Shown piece by piece: positions 18,103 through 27,702 of a stretch of 64,000 nucleotides of DNA. This stretch comes from a candidate division WWE3 bacterium RIFOXYC1_FULL_40_10 (lineage in GTDB: Bacteria > Patescibacteriota > WWE3 > UBA101185 > UBA10185): contig MEWB01000001.1 in the NCBI GenBank assembly GCA_001773215.1, positions 151,108 to 215,107 of the forward strand, written 5' to 3'. A program made the translations under genes and the position numbers. The notes beneath the pieces were generated by a model. It was given only the letters and a program-made list of their open reading frames with translations, searched no databases and was not told the origin of the DNA. Within the stretch, counting starts at the first letter, position 1. The number at the start of each line of letters is the position of its first letter.

Positions 18103-19320
18103 ATGAGTCCATTTGAGAAGTTTCAAAAATATTTATTATCCTTATTAATAGCTGTAAGTTTCTTTTATGGTGGGTATTATATTGGGCGTAGGGGATTTCA
18201 AATCGAATTAAAGAAAAGTCCACCGCAGATTGAATTTGTAAACAAAAACCCCACCGAGAAGAGTGTGGATTTTAGCTTATTCTGGGAGGTATGGGATATT
18301 GTAAACAATAAGTACTTAGAAAGGCCGATCGATGCGCAGAAAATGATATACGGTGCCATAGAGGGAATGGTTTCATCCTTGGGAGACTCCCATACCGAAT
18401 TTTTGCCTCCTCAGCTTAATCAGTCATTCGATGATTCGTTAAACGGGAAGTACCAGGGGATTGGTGCTGAGCTGGATGTGAAAGATGGGCAATTAATTGT
18501 TGTATCGCCTCTAGACGGATCCCCAGCCTTGAGTGCGGGGTTAAAGCCTGGGGATAAAATACTTGCGATTGGAGAAGATACAACATATGGCTTAGGAGTA
18601 ACAGAGGCAGTTTACAAAATAAGAGGAGACGCCGGTACTGTAGTAGAGCTTACAATCCAGACAAATGATGACAAACCCAGAAAAATGAATATAACAAGGG
18701 GTGTAATTTCGGTTGCCAGCGTTAAATGGGAAGATAAAGGAGAAGGAACTGTATACATACGAATTAGCCGCTTCGGTGGAGATACTGATACCGCTTGGGA
18801 TAAAGCTGTAGCGGAAATAAACACTAAAGTCACCGAACTGGATGTCATTGTCATAGATTTGAGAGGCAATCCAGGGGGATATCTTCAGTCGGCGGTGCAT
18901 ATTGCTGGGGAGTTTTTTAGAAATAAGCCGGTGTTATATGAGGAGAATGCCGCGGGTGAACAGATCCCGCTTAACACTAAAAGGGTGGGGAACTTTCAAA
19001 AAGTTCCCGCATTGTATGTTCTAATTGATGCAGGAAGTGCCTCCAGTTCTGAGATATTGGCTGCAGCGCTTCGAGATAATACAGGAGCCATTCTAATAGG
19101 AGAAAACTCCTTTGGCAAAGGAACAGTACAGGAACCAATAGAATTTGGTGATAAATCAAGTGTTCATGTAACGGTTGCAAAGTGGCTCACTCCAAAGAAA
19201 GAGTGGGTCCATAAGATTGGTATCAAACCTGAATTTGTGGTAGAACGTACAAATGAGGACTTTGATAAGGGTCAGGATCCGCAATTAGACAAAGCTCTCG
19301 AACTAGCCCAGGAAATATAA
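18103..19320 (+). CDS. ctpA: C-terminal processing protease (S41, PDZ)
   Basis: GIGAEL, DLRGNPGG, SASSSEI, SFGKGTVQ. Confidence 0.93.
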   Translation: MSPFEKFQKYLLSLLIAVSFFYGGYYIGRRGFQIELKKSPPQIEFVNKNPTEKSVDFSLFWEVWDIVNNKYLERPIDAQKMIYGAIEGMVSSLGDSHTEFLPPQLNQSFDDSLNGKYQGIGAELDVKDGQLIVVSPLDGSPALSAGLKPGDKILAIGEDTTYGLGVTEAVYKIRGDAGTVVELTIQTNDDKPRKMNITRGVISVASVKWEDKGEGTVYIRISRFGGDTDTAWDKAVAEINTKVTELDVIVIDLRGNPGGYLQSAVHIAGEFFRNKPVLYEENAAGEQIPLNTKRVGNFQKVPALYVLIDAGSASSSEILAAALRDNTGAILIGENSFGKGTVQEPIEFGDKSSVHVTVAKWLTPKKEWVHKIGIKPEFVVERTNEDFDKGQDPQLDKALELAQEI

Positions 19321-19324
19321 GCCT

Positions 19325-20446
19325 ATGAATCATGAAAACAAGAATATCAGGGTAGTGATAGGTGTAATTTGGACAATAGTGTTTGCTGGTGGTCTGTTCT
19401 TTTTAGCCTTACATTACAGCCCAGTTTTAAATCTAAAAACAACATATACAGGCCCCAAGTCACTTGTGGAGCAAAAAGTAGTACAGGAAGAATCGACGAT
19501 AATTGACGTTGTTGAAAGAGTTTCACCTTCGGTAGTCAGTGTTCTACTTAAGCAGACTTCTTACGATTTTTTTGAGGGGACAACTCAGCAGGAATCAGGA
19601 ATTGGCACAGGTTTTATTGTTGATGCTAATGGCTTAATAGTAACTAACAGTCATGTTGTGAGCGATCCAACGGGTCAGTATTCGGTAGTTTTGAAGGATG
19701 GGACAATCTTTGAGGTTAAGAAGGTAAATATGGATGAAGTGTCGGATTTGGCTATATTAGAAATTACGGCGCGCAACCTACCTGTAGTAGAATTGGGTGA
19801 CTCCGACTCGTTAAAAGTAGGGCAGGGGACTATTGCTATTGGAAATGCCTTAGGAAAATACCAAAACACTGTTACAACAGGTGTAGTAAGCGGAATAGCA
19901 CGCCAACTTAGTGCCTCCGGCGGTTTTGGAACTCAGGAAAAGGTGTATGAGAACGCTATTCAAACAGATGCGGCGCTTAACCCCGGAAATTCCGGCGGGC
20001 CTTTATTAAACTCCTCAGGGCAGGTGATTGGAATAAATGTGGCTACCACGCTAGGTGCCGACAATATAAGTTTTGCTATCCCTGTGAACGATTTAAAGCC
20101 GTTGCTAGAGAGTTTCATAGAACAGGGTAGGATTGTAAGGCCTTATTTGGGGATACAGTATCAGATGGTTACTAAAGATATAGCAAGCTCACAAAACCTT
20201 CCCGAGGGGGCCTATATAACTAGGGTTTTTGTAGGGTCCCCGGCAGACAAATCCGGCTTAAAAAGAGGGGATATTATAATTAGGCTTAATGATACAGCTA
20301 TTACATCAAGTGTTTCTGTGGCCAAACTACTAGCAAAGCTATTAATAGGAGATACGGTTACTCTTACGGTGGATAGGGAGGGGAAAATTAGCGAATTGAA
20401 ACTAATTTTAGAAGAAATGCCAGAAACATATACAAGCCAAAATTAA
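19325..20446 (+). CDS. htrA: HtrA/DegP-family serine protease
   Basis: [30 protein letters not shown] domain. Confidence 0.93.
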   Translation: MNHENKNIRVVIGVIWTIVFAGGLFFLALHYSPVLNLKTTYTGPKSLVEQKVVQEESTIIDVVERVSPSVVSVLLKQTSYDFFEGTTQQESGIGTGFIVDANGLIVTNSHVVSDPTGQYSVVLKDGTIFEVKKVNMDEVSDLAILEITARNLPVVELGDSDSLKVGQGTIAIGNALGKYQNTVTTGVVSGIARQLSASGGFGTQEKVYENAIQTDAALNPGNSGGPLLNSSGQVIGINVATTLGADNISFAIPVNDLKPLLESFIEQGRIVRPYLGIQYQMVTKDIASSQNLPEGAYITRVFVGSPADKSGLKRGDIIIRLNDTAITSSVSVAKLLAKLLIGDTVTLTVDREGKISELKLILEEMPETYTSQN

Positions 20447-21381
20447 ACTTTGTTCAGATTTTCCATCACTTCTGCTAACATATCTTCTATATCTCCATTC
20501 ATACGAACTTCGAGATTATGCCAGCTTTTTTCTACTCTGTGATCGGTTATTCGGTCTTGAGGAAAGTTATAAGTTCTAATTTTTTCATTCCGATCCCCTG
20601 ATCCTACTTGTCCGGCTCGCAGTTCAGTAACATTGCCCACCTGCTGTTCTTGCATCATGTTATAAAGCTGAGACTTTAGTACCTCCAAAGCCTTCTCCCG
20701 GTTTTTTCCCTGATAGCGTTCTTCCTGACACTCAACTATCAGTCCGGTTGGTTTGTGTGTTAGTCGGACTGCTGTTGAAACCTTGTTCACGTTTTGTCCT
20801 CCCTTACCTCCGGATCTGAAAAAATCCCATTCCAAGTCATCGGGATGCACCTCAATTTCGATTTTTTTCAACTTTGGTAGGACTGAGACGGTTGCAGTAG
20901 AAGTATGTATTCTCCCTCCGGATTCGGTAATGGGTACTCGCTGTACTCGATGAACACCGGCTTCGCCCACCAACATTTTGTAGCAATTTTTTCCATGAAT
21001 TTCGATACTGATAGTTTTAATCCCACCAGCAGAATTCTCCGATCTGAATAGTTCCTCGTACTTCCAGCCGATTAGGTCTGCAAATCGCGTATACATTTTT
21101 AGTAAATCCGAAGCGAAGAGCCCTGCTTCATCACCTCCGGTTCCGGACCTAATTTCTAGGATAACGATATTTGAATTGATATTTGAATCCTGCTTTGTAT
21201 CCGTATCGGGGTCAGAAAGTGTAAATTGGGGTGTCTTTAGGCCGGTTATCTGGCCCTGGAGTGAGGTAATTTCGTCTTCCAGCAGTTGAGTAAGTTGCGG
21301 ATCTTTTTCTGTTTCCAATGCCAGTCTCACTTCTTGCAGCGCTTTTTCAAGGCGGGTTATTTCGGCTTCTAGGTATTCCAT
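20443..21381 (-). CDS. prfA: Peptide chain release factor 1
   Basis: [17 protein letters not shown] (PxT), GGQ motif. Confidence 0.95.
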   Translation of the reverse strand: MEYLEAEITRLEKALQEVRLALETEKDPQLTQLLEDEITSLQGQITGLKTPQFTLSDPDTDTKQDSNINSNIVILEIRSGTGGDEAGLFASDLLKMYTRFADLIGWKYEELFRSENSAGGIKTISIEIHGKNCYKMLVGEAGVHRVQRVPITESGGRIHTSTATVSVLPKLKKIEIEVHPDDLEWDFFRSGGKGGQNVNKVSTAVRLTHKPTGLIVECQEERYQGKNREKALEVLKSQLYNMMQEQQVGNVTELRAGQVGSGDRNEKIRTYNFPQDRITDHRVEKSWHNLEVRMNGDIEDMLAEVMENLNKV

Positions 21382-21387
21382 AGTTAT

Positions 21388-21714
21388 CTATTCGGATTCT
21401 TCTTTTCTTAGATCTTCCAGTATTTGCCTAACAGTTTTCTTTTGAACCGGTGCTTCAACCACTTTCTGTTTCTTAGCGACTTTTAGAGCCTGTGTTTGTT
21501 TCTTTCTTTCTGTCGCCATTTCTAGCTTTCGTGTAAACTTGTCTATCCTTTTTTCTGTGTCTACAAATCTATGCTGCCCTGTGAAAAACGGGTGGCAGGC
21601 ACTGCAGATATCGACGGAAATTGAGTCAAGTGTTGAAATAGTCACGAAGGAATTTCCACATGCACATGTGACCACGCAGTTGTTATTTACTTTTGGTTGA
21701 ATATCTTTTTTCAT
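21388..21714 (-). CDS. rpmE: 50S ribosomal protein L31
   Basis: MKKDIQP..CACG..DICSACHPFFTG. Confidence 0.95.
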   Translation of the reverse strand: MKKDIQPKVNNNCVVTCACGNSFVTISTLDSISVDICSACHPFFTGQHRFVDTEKRIDKFTRKLEMATERKKQTQALKVAKKQKVVEAPVQKKTVRQILEDLRKEESE

Positions 21715-21732
21715 ACGACGGATGGCAGTATA

Positions 21733-22758
21733 TCAATTATCTTTATTTGTGTAAAGAATGGAGTCGTACTGTGCAATTGCAACCCCAGAGAAGATAATTA
21801 GCATGGCTAGTATGGCTATTTTAGAAGGCACTTCGCCGAGTAACAAGTAGGCCGCAGGGAAAGTAATGAGAGTTGATAGGTAGCCATACACGGCTGTGTC
21901 TCTTACGTGGGCTTTTTGCAAGCCCCACTGGATAGCTAAGTATGCTACAACAGAAGAGAGAAGCGCCATGTAAAGAATACCGGCAATACCCTTAGGGTCT
22001 ATAAAACCCAAATAAAAGTTGGTTTCTCCGAAGAAGCCAAAGTATTCCAGAACAGCAAAGGGTAAAACAGTTGCCAATCCGACAAAAAAAGTTATATAGA
22101 CTATAAGAGTAGGGGAGTAGACTTTTGTCATGGGTTTTATATGGACGAAACTAAGTGTTTTTTTCAGCAAACCCGATCGTTCCCCCATACTCAGCTTGGA
22201 CCATAATAGATAAAAAGACCACGCTACCACAGATATAAAAGCTAATAGATTTCCTACTATTCGAAAGCTTGGATTAACGTTGGCCCTGTTTCCGGTGACA
22301 AGTGGTTCCAAGATAACTGCTAAAGTTCCAATCGCGGCCAAAGAAGCACCAACAGCAACTTTTCTATCGATTCTCTCATTGTAAAAATAATGGCCTAAAT
22401 ACATTGTAATTATTGTGCCCGAAATACCTATAATTCCGATATCGATTGCCGTTGTATATTTATATGACAAATAAACGATTATAAGCTGGGTTTGTGAAAA
22501 CAAGCCAAGCAAGAAGAAATTGACATAGTCCTTGGTGTTAATTGGGGTTCTTTTTAGTTCGATAATTAAAAAGGGCAGTACCAATACACATACAATTAGC
22601 ATCCTAACAAATAGGAACGTTGCAGGAGGTATGTAGGCTAAAGTATATTTAATAACCGGTCCGGCAATTCCCCATATTACGCTGGCGGATATTAAAGCTA
22701 AATGAGCCGACAGCACCGAATGGGATATTCTATTGGTGGACATTGTTTTGGGCATCAA
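21733..22758 (-). CDS. DMT/EamA-family transporter
   Basis: About 10 TM segments, IWG..., YFYNERI, YLLLGE. Confidence 0.85.
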   Translation of the reverse strand: MMPKTMSTNRISHSVLSAHLALISASVIWGIAGPVIKYTLAYIPPATFLFVRMLIVCVLVLPFLIIELKRTPINTKDYVNFFLLGLFSQTQLIIVYLSYKYTTAIDIGIIGISGTIITMYLGHYFYNERIDRKVAVGASLAAIGTLAVILEPLVTGNRANVNPSFRIVGNLLAFISVVAWSFYLLWSKLSMGERSGLLKKTLSFVHIKPMTKVYSPTLIVYITFFVGLATVLPFAVLEYFGFFGETNFYLGFIDPKGIAGILYMALLSSVVAYLAIQWGLQKAHVRDTAVYGYLSTLITFPAAYLLLGEVPSKIAILAMLIIFSGVAIAQYDSILYTNKDN

Positions 22759-22781
22759 CTGTAAATGTTAGCAGTGAATTG

Positions 22782-24071
22782 CTACATCTCCAACTCTTTT
22801 TGCTGGCCGGATCGCATGTCTTTTATTATCATTTTATTAGACTTAATTTCAGCATCCCCTATTATTATTGCGAATTTGGCATTTTTTTTGTCGGCATATT
22901 TTAGCTGTTTATCGATTTTGGTGTCGGATTGGAGCCAAGTAAAAACCTTTTTACCGTCCTGCCTTAGCTTACTAGCAACCTCCAAACTTTTTTCAAGATA
23001 GCGACTGTCTGTACCCGGCCACAGTGTGACAAAGTAGTCGAGTGCATCGTCGAAGTTTGGAATCAGTTTCCAGCCTTTTAAGAATTCAGCCAAGGTAATA
23101 TCACCCATTGCAAAGCCAGTTGCTCCAAGTTTGTAATTGCCGAAAATAGTGATCAGGCCATCGAATCGTTCTCCTCCAAACAGGGAGCGGGAGTTTTCGA
23201 CGTTTTTGTCATATATTTCATAAACTAGCCCGTCACTGTATTCAAAACCTCTGATAATCGAAGGGTCGAAACGGCAGTATTTGAGTAGCCCCGACTTTCC
23301 TAGTAGTAGAGATAAATTCATAATATTCTCATAACCTTTATTTGTCTTAAGCACATCTAGGTCAATGACATCAGGTAATGTTTCCAGGGATGAACCCAGG
23401 AACTTTTCGACTGCTTCCCCATATTCAGGTGACAGGCCCATTTCAGTGAGGATCGACACGAAATCGCTTTCCGACATCTTTGCTCTTTTATCCATTATGC
23501 GTCTTACTTCTGTGGCGGTTTCAAAATCCAATTTTAGGACGTCGTTAAGAAGCAGATTAACAAGTCTTCTATCGCTGAATCTGATCTCAAACATGGTTTC
23601 GTTAGCCCCAAATTCTTTAAGTATATCTGTAGCAACCGAAAGTATTTCAAAATCCGCCGTGACCTCGTCTATGCCGAAAATATTAACCTCCAGCTGATAA
23701 AACTCACGGCCTCGACCTTTTTGCGGTTTCTCGTATCGCCAGTTGTCTCCTATCATGAACCATTTAATAGGCTGGGGTAGAATATTGAACTTTTCGGCAA
23801 TCATTCTGACTGTACTGGGTGTCAATTCCGGACGAAGTGCGACTTTTCTTCCGCCTTTGTCTTCAAAGCTGAACAGTTGCTCGTTCACGATTTCCTGTCC
23901 GGACTTGGCAGAGAACACTTCAAAATTTTCTAAGACCGGAAAACTATATTGTTCAAAGCAATACCTATTACATACCCGCTTCCAGGTGTCAAAAATGTAA
24001 TTCTGTAAGCGCATTTCCTCAGGATAAATATCTCTCGCGCCTTTGTATGGTTGTGTGTTTAGTTTAGTCAT
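22782..24071 (-). CDS. hisS: Histidine--tRNA ligase
   Basis: KGARDIYP, ALRPELTP, RYEKPQKGRGREFYQ, KQLKYADK. Confidence 0.96.
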   Translation of the reverse strand: MTKLNTQPYKGARDIYPEEMRLQNYIFDTWKRVCNRYCFEQYSFPVLENFEVFSAKSGQEIVNEQLFSFEDKGGRKVALRPELTPSTVRMIAEKFNILPQPIKWFMIGDNWRYEKPQKGRGREFYQLEVNIFGIDEVTADFEILSVATDILKEFGANETMFEIRFSDRRLVNLLLNDVLKLDFETATEVRRIMDKRAKMSESDFVSILTEMGLSPEYGEAVEKFLGSSLETLPDVIDLDVLKTNKGYENIMNLSLLLGKSGLLKYCRFDPSIIRGFEYSDGLVYEIYDKNVENSRSLFGGERFDGLITIFGNYKLGATGFAMGDITLAEFLKGWKLIPNFDDALDYFVTLWPGTDSRYLEKSLEVASKLRQDGKKVFTWLQSDTKIDKQLKYADKKNAKFAIIIGDAEIKSNKMIIKDMRSGQQKELEM

Positions 24072-24963
24072 AATTAGCCTTTCTAAATAATATACTAGTA
24101 TTTGTTTTCACACTACTAATTAAACCCGGATCGGGAAAAATCATGGGAAGGGGATCCGCGCCTATAGATCGTCTAAGAAAATTCGTTATTACAAGAGCTC
24201 TTTTACTTACTTCTTCAGTGTTGAACCAGACGCAGTTTGACATATACTTAGTTTTTTCCAGCTTCTCAAGAATTATCCCCTCAACCCCATATGTTGCTAC
24301 GGTTCTAATTGCCACTTCTTTTGCCAACACTTTATCTTTTATGCCGATGTGCTCCCGAGTTCTAGTTATCTGTTTGTTAATAATGGAAGATGCTAGCAGC
24401 TTTTGGCGAGGTTTAGCTAATTCCTTGTAGACCAGGTCAAACAAGTTACGATACGTTTTTTGTAGCCCGGTCATTTTTAGTAGGTCCCAAAAATTATAGA
24501 CCCTCACAGTTGCGGGGTAGTCTGCAACACTATTAGCAATTAACGACCTAAACTCATTTTTTTTCAAAGTAATAACTTTACTGTCCTCATATTTGAGTGA
24601 GGAAGGGTAGATGAATCTGGAGTTAGTATCTGCGATTAGTTTAACAAACTGGAAATTAATCCCCGATGCCTTTATGTATTTTAGGATATCACTTTCCTCT
24701 TTTTTCATAGATACCGCTCTTGGTATTTCTGTGTAATTATCTATAGGGACTCCTTTGGCGATATTGGGCATAGCCACATCAAAGCTAATGTAAGGCGTAC
24801 CTGAAGTCTTGTCGTATTTTATATAACGCGGGGGACATTCCCAGTTAAATAGGGTAATAGGCTTGTAAGGATCCGCAAAATAGTTTTTGATCTTTGCAGC
24901 ATTTTGAATTGGCATCTTCGATACTTTATTTAGTTGTGTAATCATCTTGTCATATTTATTCAT
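24064..24963 (-). CDS. Hypothetical WxCP-motif protein (paralog B)
   Basis: 299 aa; LFNWECP, KLIADTN, TYGVEG; overlaps the hisS start. Confidence 0.7.
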   Translation of the reverse strand: MNKYDKMITQLNKVSKMPIQNAAKIKNYFADPYKPITLFNWECPPRYIKYDKTSGTPYISFDVAMPNIAKGVPIDNYTEIPRAVSMKKEESDILKYIKASGINFQFVKLIADTNSRFIYPSSLKYEDSKVITLKKNEFRSLIANSVADYPATVRVYNFWDLLKMTGLQKTYRNLFDLVYKELAKPRQKLLASSIINKQITRTREHIGIKDKVLAKEVAIRTVATYGVEGIILEKLEKTKYMSNCVWFNTEEVSKRALVITNFLRRSIGADPLPMIFPDPGLISSVKTNTSILFRKANYD

Positions 24964-25016
24964 CTGTTTTTCTTTCTGGAGGACAAATATCTACTTGGTA
25001 TTTGTCCTCCAATCTA

Positions 25017-25700
25017 TTATTTAAGCTGGATCACAGGGATCCACTCAGATTTGCTGAGCGCAGCATTTTGTAATACGCTAACTCCCGGGCTTTCAACACC
25101 TGCTATTACTGGGTTAACAAAAAATCTCTTGCTCCATATACCATCCTGTGCATAGCCCGCGAAAATACGCTCAATCCAGTTGGTAACTGCCCAGGCCGGA
25201 GTTGAGTTCCAGGGAATAGTCCTCAATCGTTCGGTTTCCATCTTTGTAAACGAACCCGGCACATTGTTCCATGGTTTAGTTCTTCTCCAATTACTCCATT
25301 CCAGCAAATAGCGGTAGTCTATCAACTCTATTGTTGATATAACTGCCCCTGAGTTGGCCAGCTCCCGAGGAGGTTGCGGGACCTCCAATGGATTTTCAAC
25401 TAATAATATGGCGTCGGCTGTAGCAAATAAGGCCGTGGTAGTTGAAATTTCCACTCCTTGATTTTGCAATTCTCCTCTAAGAGAAAGTGATTTCTCTAGA
25501 GCAACTTTCCCCCGATCCGATAACCCGGGGTCAAATCTTGTTACCAGGCTATTGGTTTCCTTATTGAATCTCCACCCATTTTTTCTGATATTTGGGCATA
25601 TCCAAAAAATCAGATCTAGTGGTAGTTGAAGATGCTCTTGTGTCAGATTCCTTGTGTTGGCCACGCCTTTTAATGTTCTTATATCACTTGGTTTTAACAT
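25017..25700 (-). CDS. Hypothetical WxCP-motif protein (paralog A)
   Basis: 227 aa; LIFWICP, LFATADA, GYAQDG; strong SD AAGGAG. Confidence 0.7.
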   Translation of the reverse strand: MLKPSDIRTLKGVANTRNLTQEHLQLPLDLIFWICPNIRKNGWRFNKETNSLVTRFDPGLSDRGKVALEKSLSLRGELQNQGVEISTTTALFATADAILLVENPLEVPQPPRELANSGAVISTIELIDYRYLLEWSNWRRTKPWNNVPGSFTKMETERLRTIPWNSTPAWAVTNWIERIFAGYAQDGIWSKRFFVNPVIAGVESPGVSVLQNAALSKSEWIPVIQLK

Positions 25701-25723
25701 GCTTCTCTCCTTTTCTAGACAAC

Positions 25724-25800
25724 AAAAAAACCCGCTTGTTGCGGGTTAGCCAAAAATATTGAGTACTACTCTTTACTTACACAAATAAGGCCACGCCCGC
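25724..25800 (-). promoter_or_regulatory. Attenuator: terminator and competing antiterminator
   Basis: Terminator AACCCGC-AACAA-GCGGGTTTTTTT (25747 to 25724); GCGGGCGTGGCC (25800-25789) can pair with GGCTAACCCGC (25751-25741). Confidence 0.8.
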
Positions 25801-25857
25801 TATAAAAGGGGTTTTATGGAACTTATGATGCATGTTGGAAAGAGTTACAATACTCAT
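25777..25857 (-). CDS. His-containing leader peptide (26 aa)
   Basis: MSIVTLSNMHHKFHKTPFIAGVALFV-stop; three CAT codons within five codons just 5' of the antiterminator arm. Confidence 0.72.
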   Translation of the reverse strand: MSIVTLSNMHHKFHKTPFIAGVALFV

Positions 25858-25882
25858 ATCAGTGCAAACGGTAACACAAGCA

Positions 25883-27649
25883 TCACTTTGTGTCAATTTT
25901 GGCGAATAGTTTTTCACTCTCCCTTAATTCCTTTTCAATTTCGCTGATTCCCGCCTTCCAGAAGGTAGGTTTAGTTATATCTAAGCCAAGCTTTCCGAAT
26001 ATTTCCACCGGTGAGTGCGAGTCTCCCGCCCGGAGAAATTCCTTAAGCTTTGATATAAATGCAGGATTTTCTTGGTACAGATTTTGCATAGCCTTGGAAA
26101 TTAGCAGACCGCTGGCATAAGAATATACGTAGAAATAATTCCTGATATGACTCCAATATACCCACCAATTTTCCGATCCTTCCGACTGTTTCACGTAGTC
26201 ACCCATGTAGCTTTTCATATGTTTTTGAAAAATTTTCCCAATTTGATCTCCGGGCAGGTACGCGGTTTTTCTAAACTCCGAGTGCAATTCTTGTTCAAAT
26301 TTATAACAAGCGACCTGTCTAAAAATAGTTGCTATGCTAGCGCCCAGTTTTTCCATTTTCATGTAAAGTTTATTGTTTTCCGGGATGCTTTTCTCTATTT
26401 CTTTGTATACAAAATCTTCCATAAAAGTGCTTGCAACTTCTGCGGTTGCCAAAGAATGGCCGCAATTTAAAGCATTTTGCACTTTAGCACTTAAATCACC
26501 ATGGATAGCATGTCCCATCTCGTGGGCAAGAGTAGTTACATCCTCGATGCTCCCCGTGAAGTTAGTTAGAATATAACCGGGCAGGGTAGGTATGCTGTGC
26601 GTACAAAAAGCACCTCCCGTCTTACCCTTTTTAGGGTAAACATCGATTCTGGAATTTATAATGTAGTCGTTAAATATATCCAAAAATTCGTTATCTAGGT
26701 TTCCAAAAACTTTTCGTATTAAGCCTACACTTTCCTCGTAAGTATATTTCTTTGCTAAGTTACCCATTTTTACATACCTTTCGTGATATTCCAGCTTCTC
26801 AACACCCAAAACTTTTGCCTTCAGCATGTAAAAACGCTGGGCTACGTCGTATTTTTCGGTTACGGCTTGGAGTAGTGCATCTATAACATTAGCTTCTATA
26901 TCATCACTAATAAGTCGGGCCAAATCAGGTCTCTCTATCTTTTTTAGTTCGTCAATGGTCTTTTTGTATTGGAGAATGGCGTTTAGTTCTGCAACAGCAG
27001 TATCCAGATGTTTTTTGAACACGTTATTTGTTTCCTGGGCAGCAGTGTCTCTTACTTTCTTAGTTGAACTTTCAAAAGCCTTGAGTGCTTCCGGGAGTGT
27101 CTTTACTACATTGTTACCTTTCTCGTCAATAATAGTCAGCTGCTCTTTGGCCAAGAACTCTTCAGTCATATCAGTCCACTTTGAGTAAGCCATGGGAGAT
27201 AGAGAGTTTATAATTTTCTCCTCCGGCTCGGAGAGGAGGTACTTGGAAAGGGCAAAAAGTTGTTCTAGGTAGTGATGGTAGGGTTTTAGAGTTTGTGATC
27301 CTAAAAACTTTTTTTGTTCACCTATGCTAATTCTAGCCAATTTATGCTCGAAAAACATGATGGCATTAGAAATATTAATACTCTTTTCCTCCAGCTGATT
27401 ATATTTTGCCTTAATTTCAGGATTATTTTGTTCCAGACACAGCCTAAGTGAGTAATAATATCCGGTTTTACCGGTTGTTCCGTAAAGCTTTTCTAACTGT
27501 TCGTATTCATCCAGAGCCTGTTTTAATACTTCGGGGTCTTTTAGGAAATCCTCTCGGTTTCTCCATTTATTTATAAACGCGTGGTTAGCCTTAATGGTTT
27601 CATCAAGGTCTGAGACGAGTAAGTTTGAGAGATCCCAGTTTGTAGTCAT
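25883..27649 (-). CDS. pepF: Oligoendopeptidase F (M3B)
   Basis: WDLSNL, KGKTGGAFC, TLAHEMGHAIH, AEVAS, FYVYSYA. Confidence 0.93.
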   Translation of the reverse strand: MTTNWDLSNLLVSDLDETIKANHAFINKWRNREDFLKDPEVLKQALDEYEQLEKLYGTTGKTGYYYSLRLCLEQNNPEIKAKYNQLEEKSINISNAIMFFEHKLARISIGEQKKFLGSQTLKPYHHYLEQLFALSKYLLSEPEEKIINSLSPMAYSKWTDMTEEFLAKEQLTIIDEKGNNVVKTLPEALKAFESSTKKVRDTAAQETNNVFKKHLDTAVAELNAILQYKKTIDELKKIERPDLARLISDDIEANVIDALLQAVTEKYDVAQRFYMLKAKVLGVEKLEYHERYVKMGNLAKKYTYEESVGLIRKVFGNLDNEFLDIFNDYIINSRIDVYPKKGKTGGAFCTHSIPTLPGYILTNFTGSIEDVTTLAHEMGHAIHGDLSAKVQNALNCGHSLATAEVASTFMEDFVYKEIEKSIPENNKLYMKMEKLGASIATIFRQVACYKFEQELHSEFRKTAYLPGDQIGKIFQKHMKSYMGDYVKQSEGSENWWVYWSHIRNYFYVYSYASGLLISKAMQNLYQENPAFISKLKEFLRAGDSHSPVEIFGKLGLDITKPTFWKAGISEIEKELRESEKLFAKIDTK

Positions 27650-27702
27650 GAGCGTATTCTCCTACATGAAGTAAACTTTATCAATTGTAGTAGAATTGGC
27701 AT

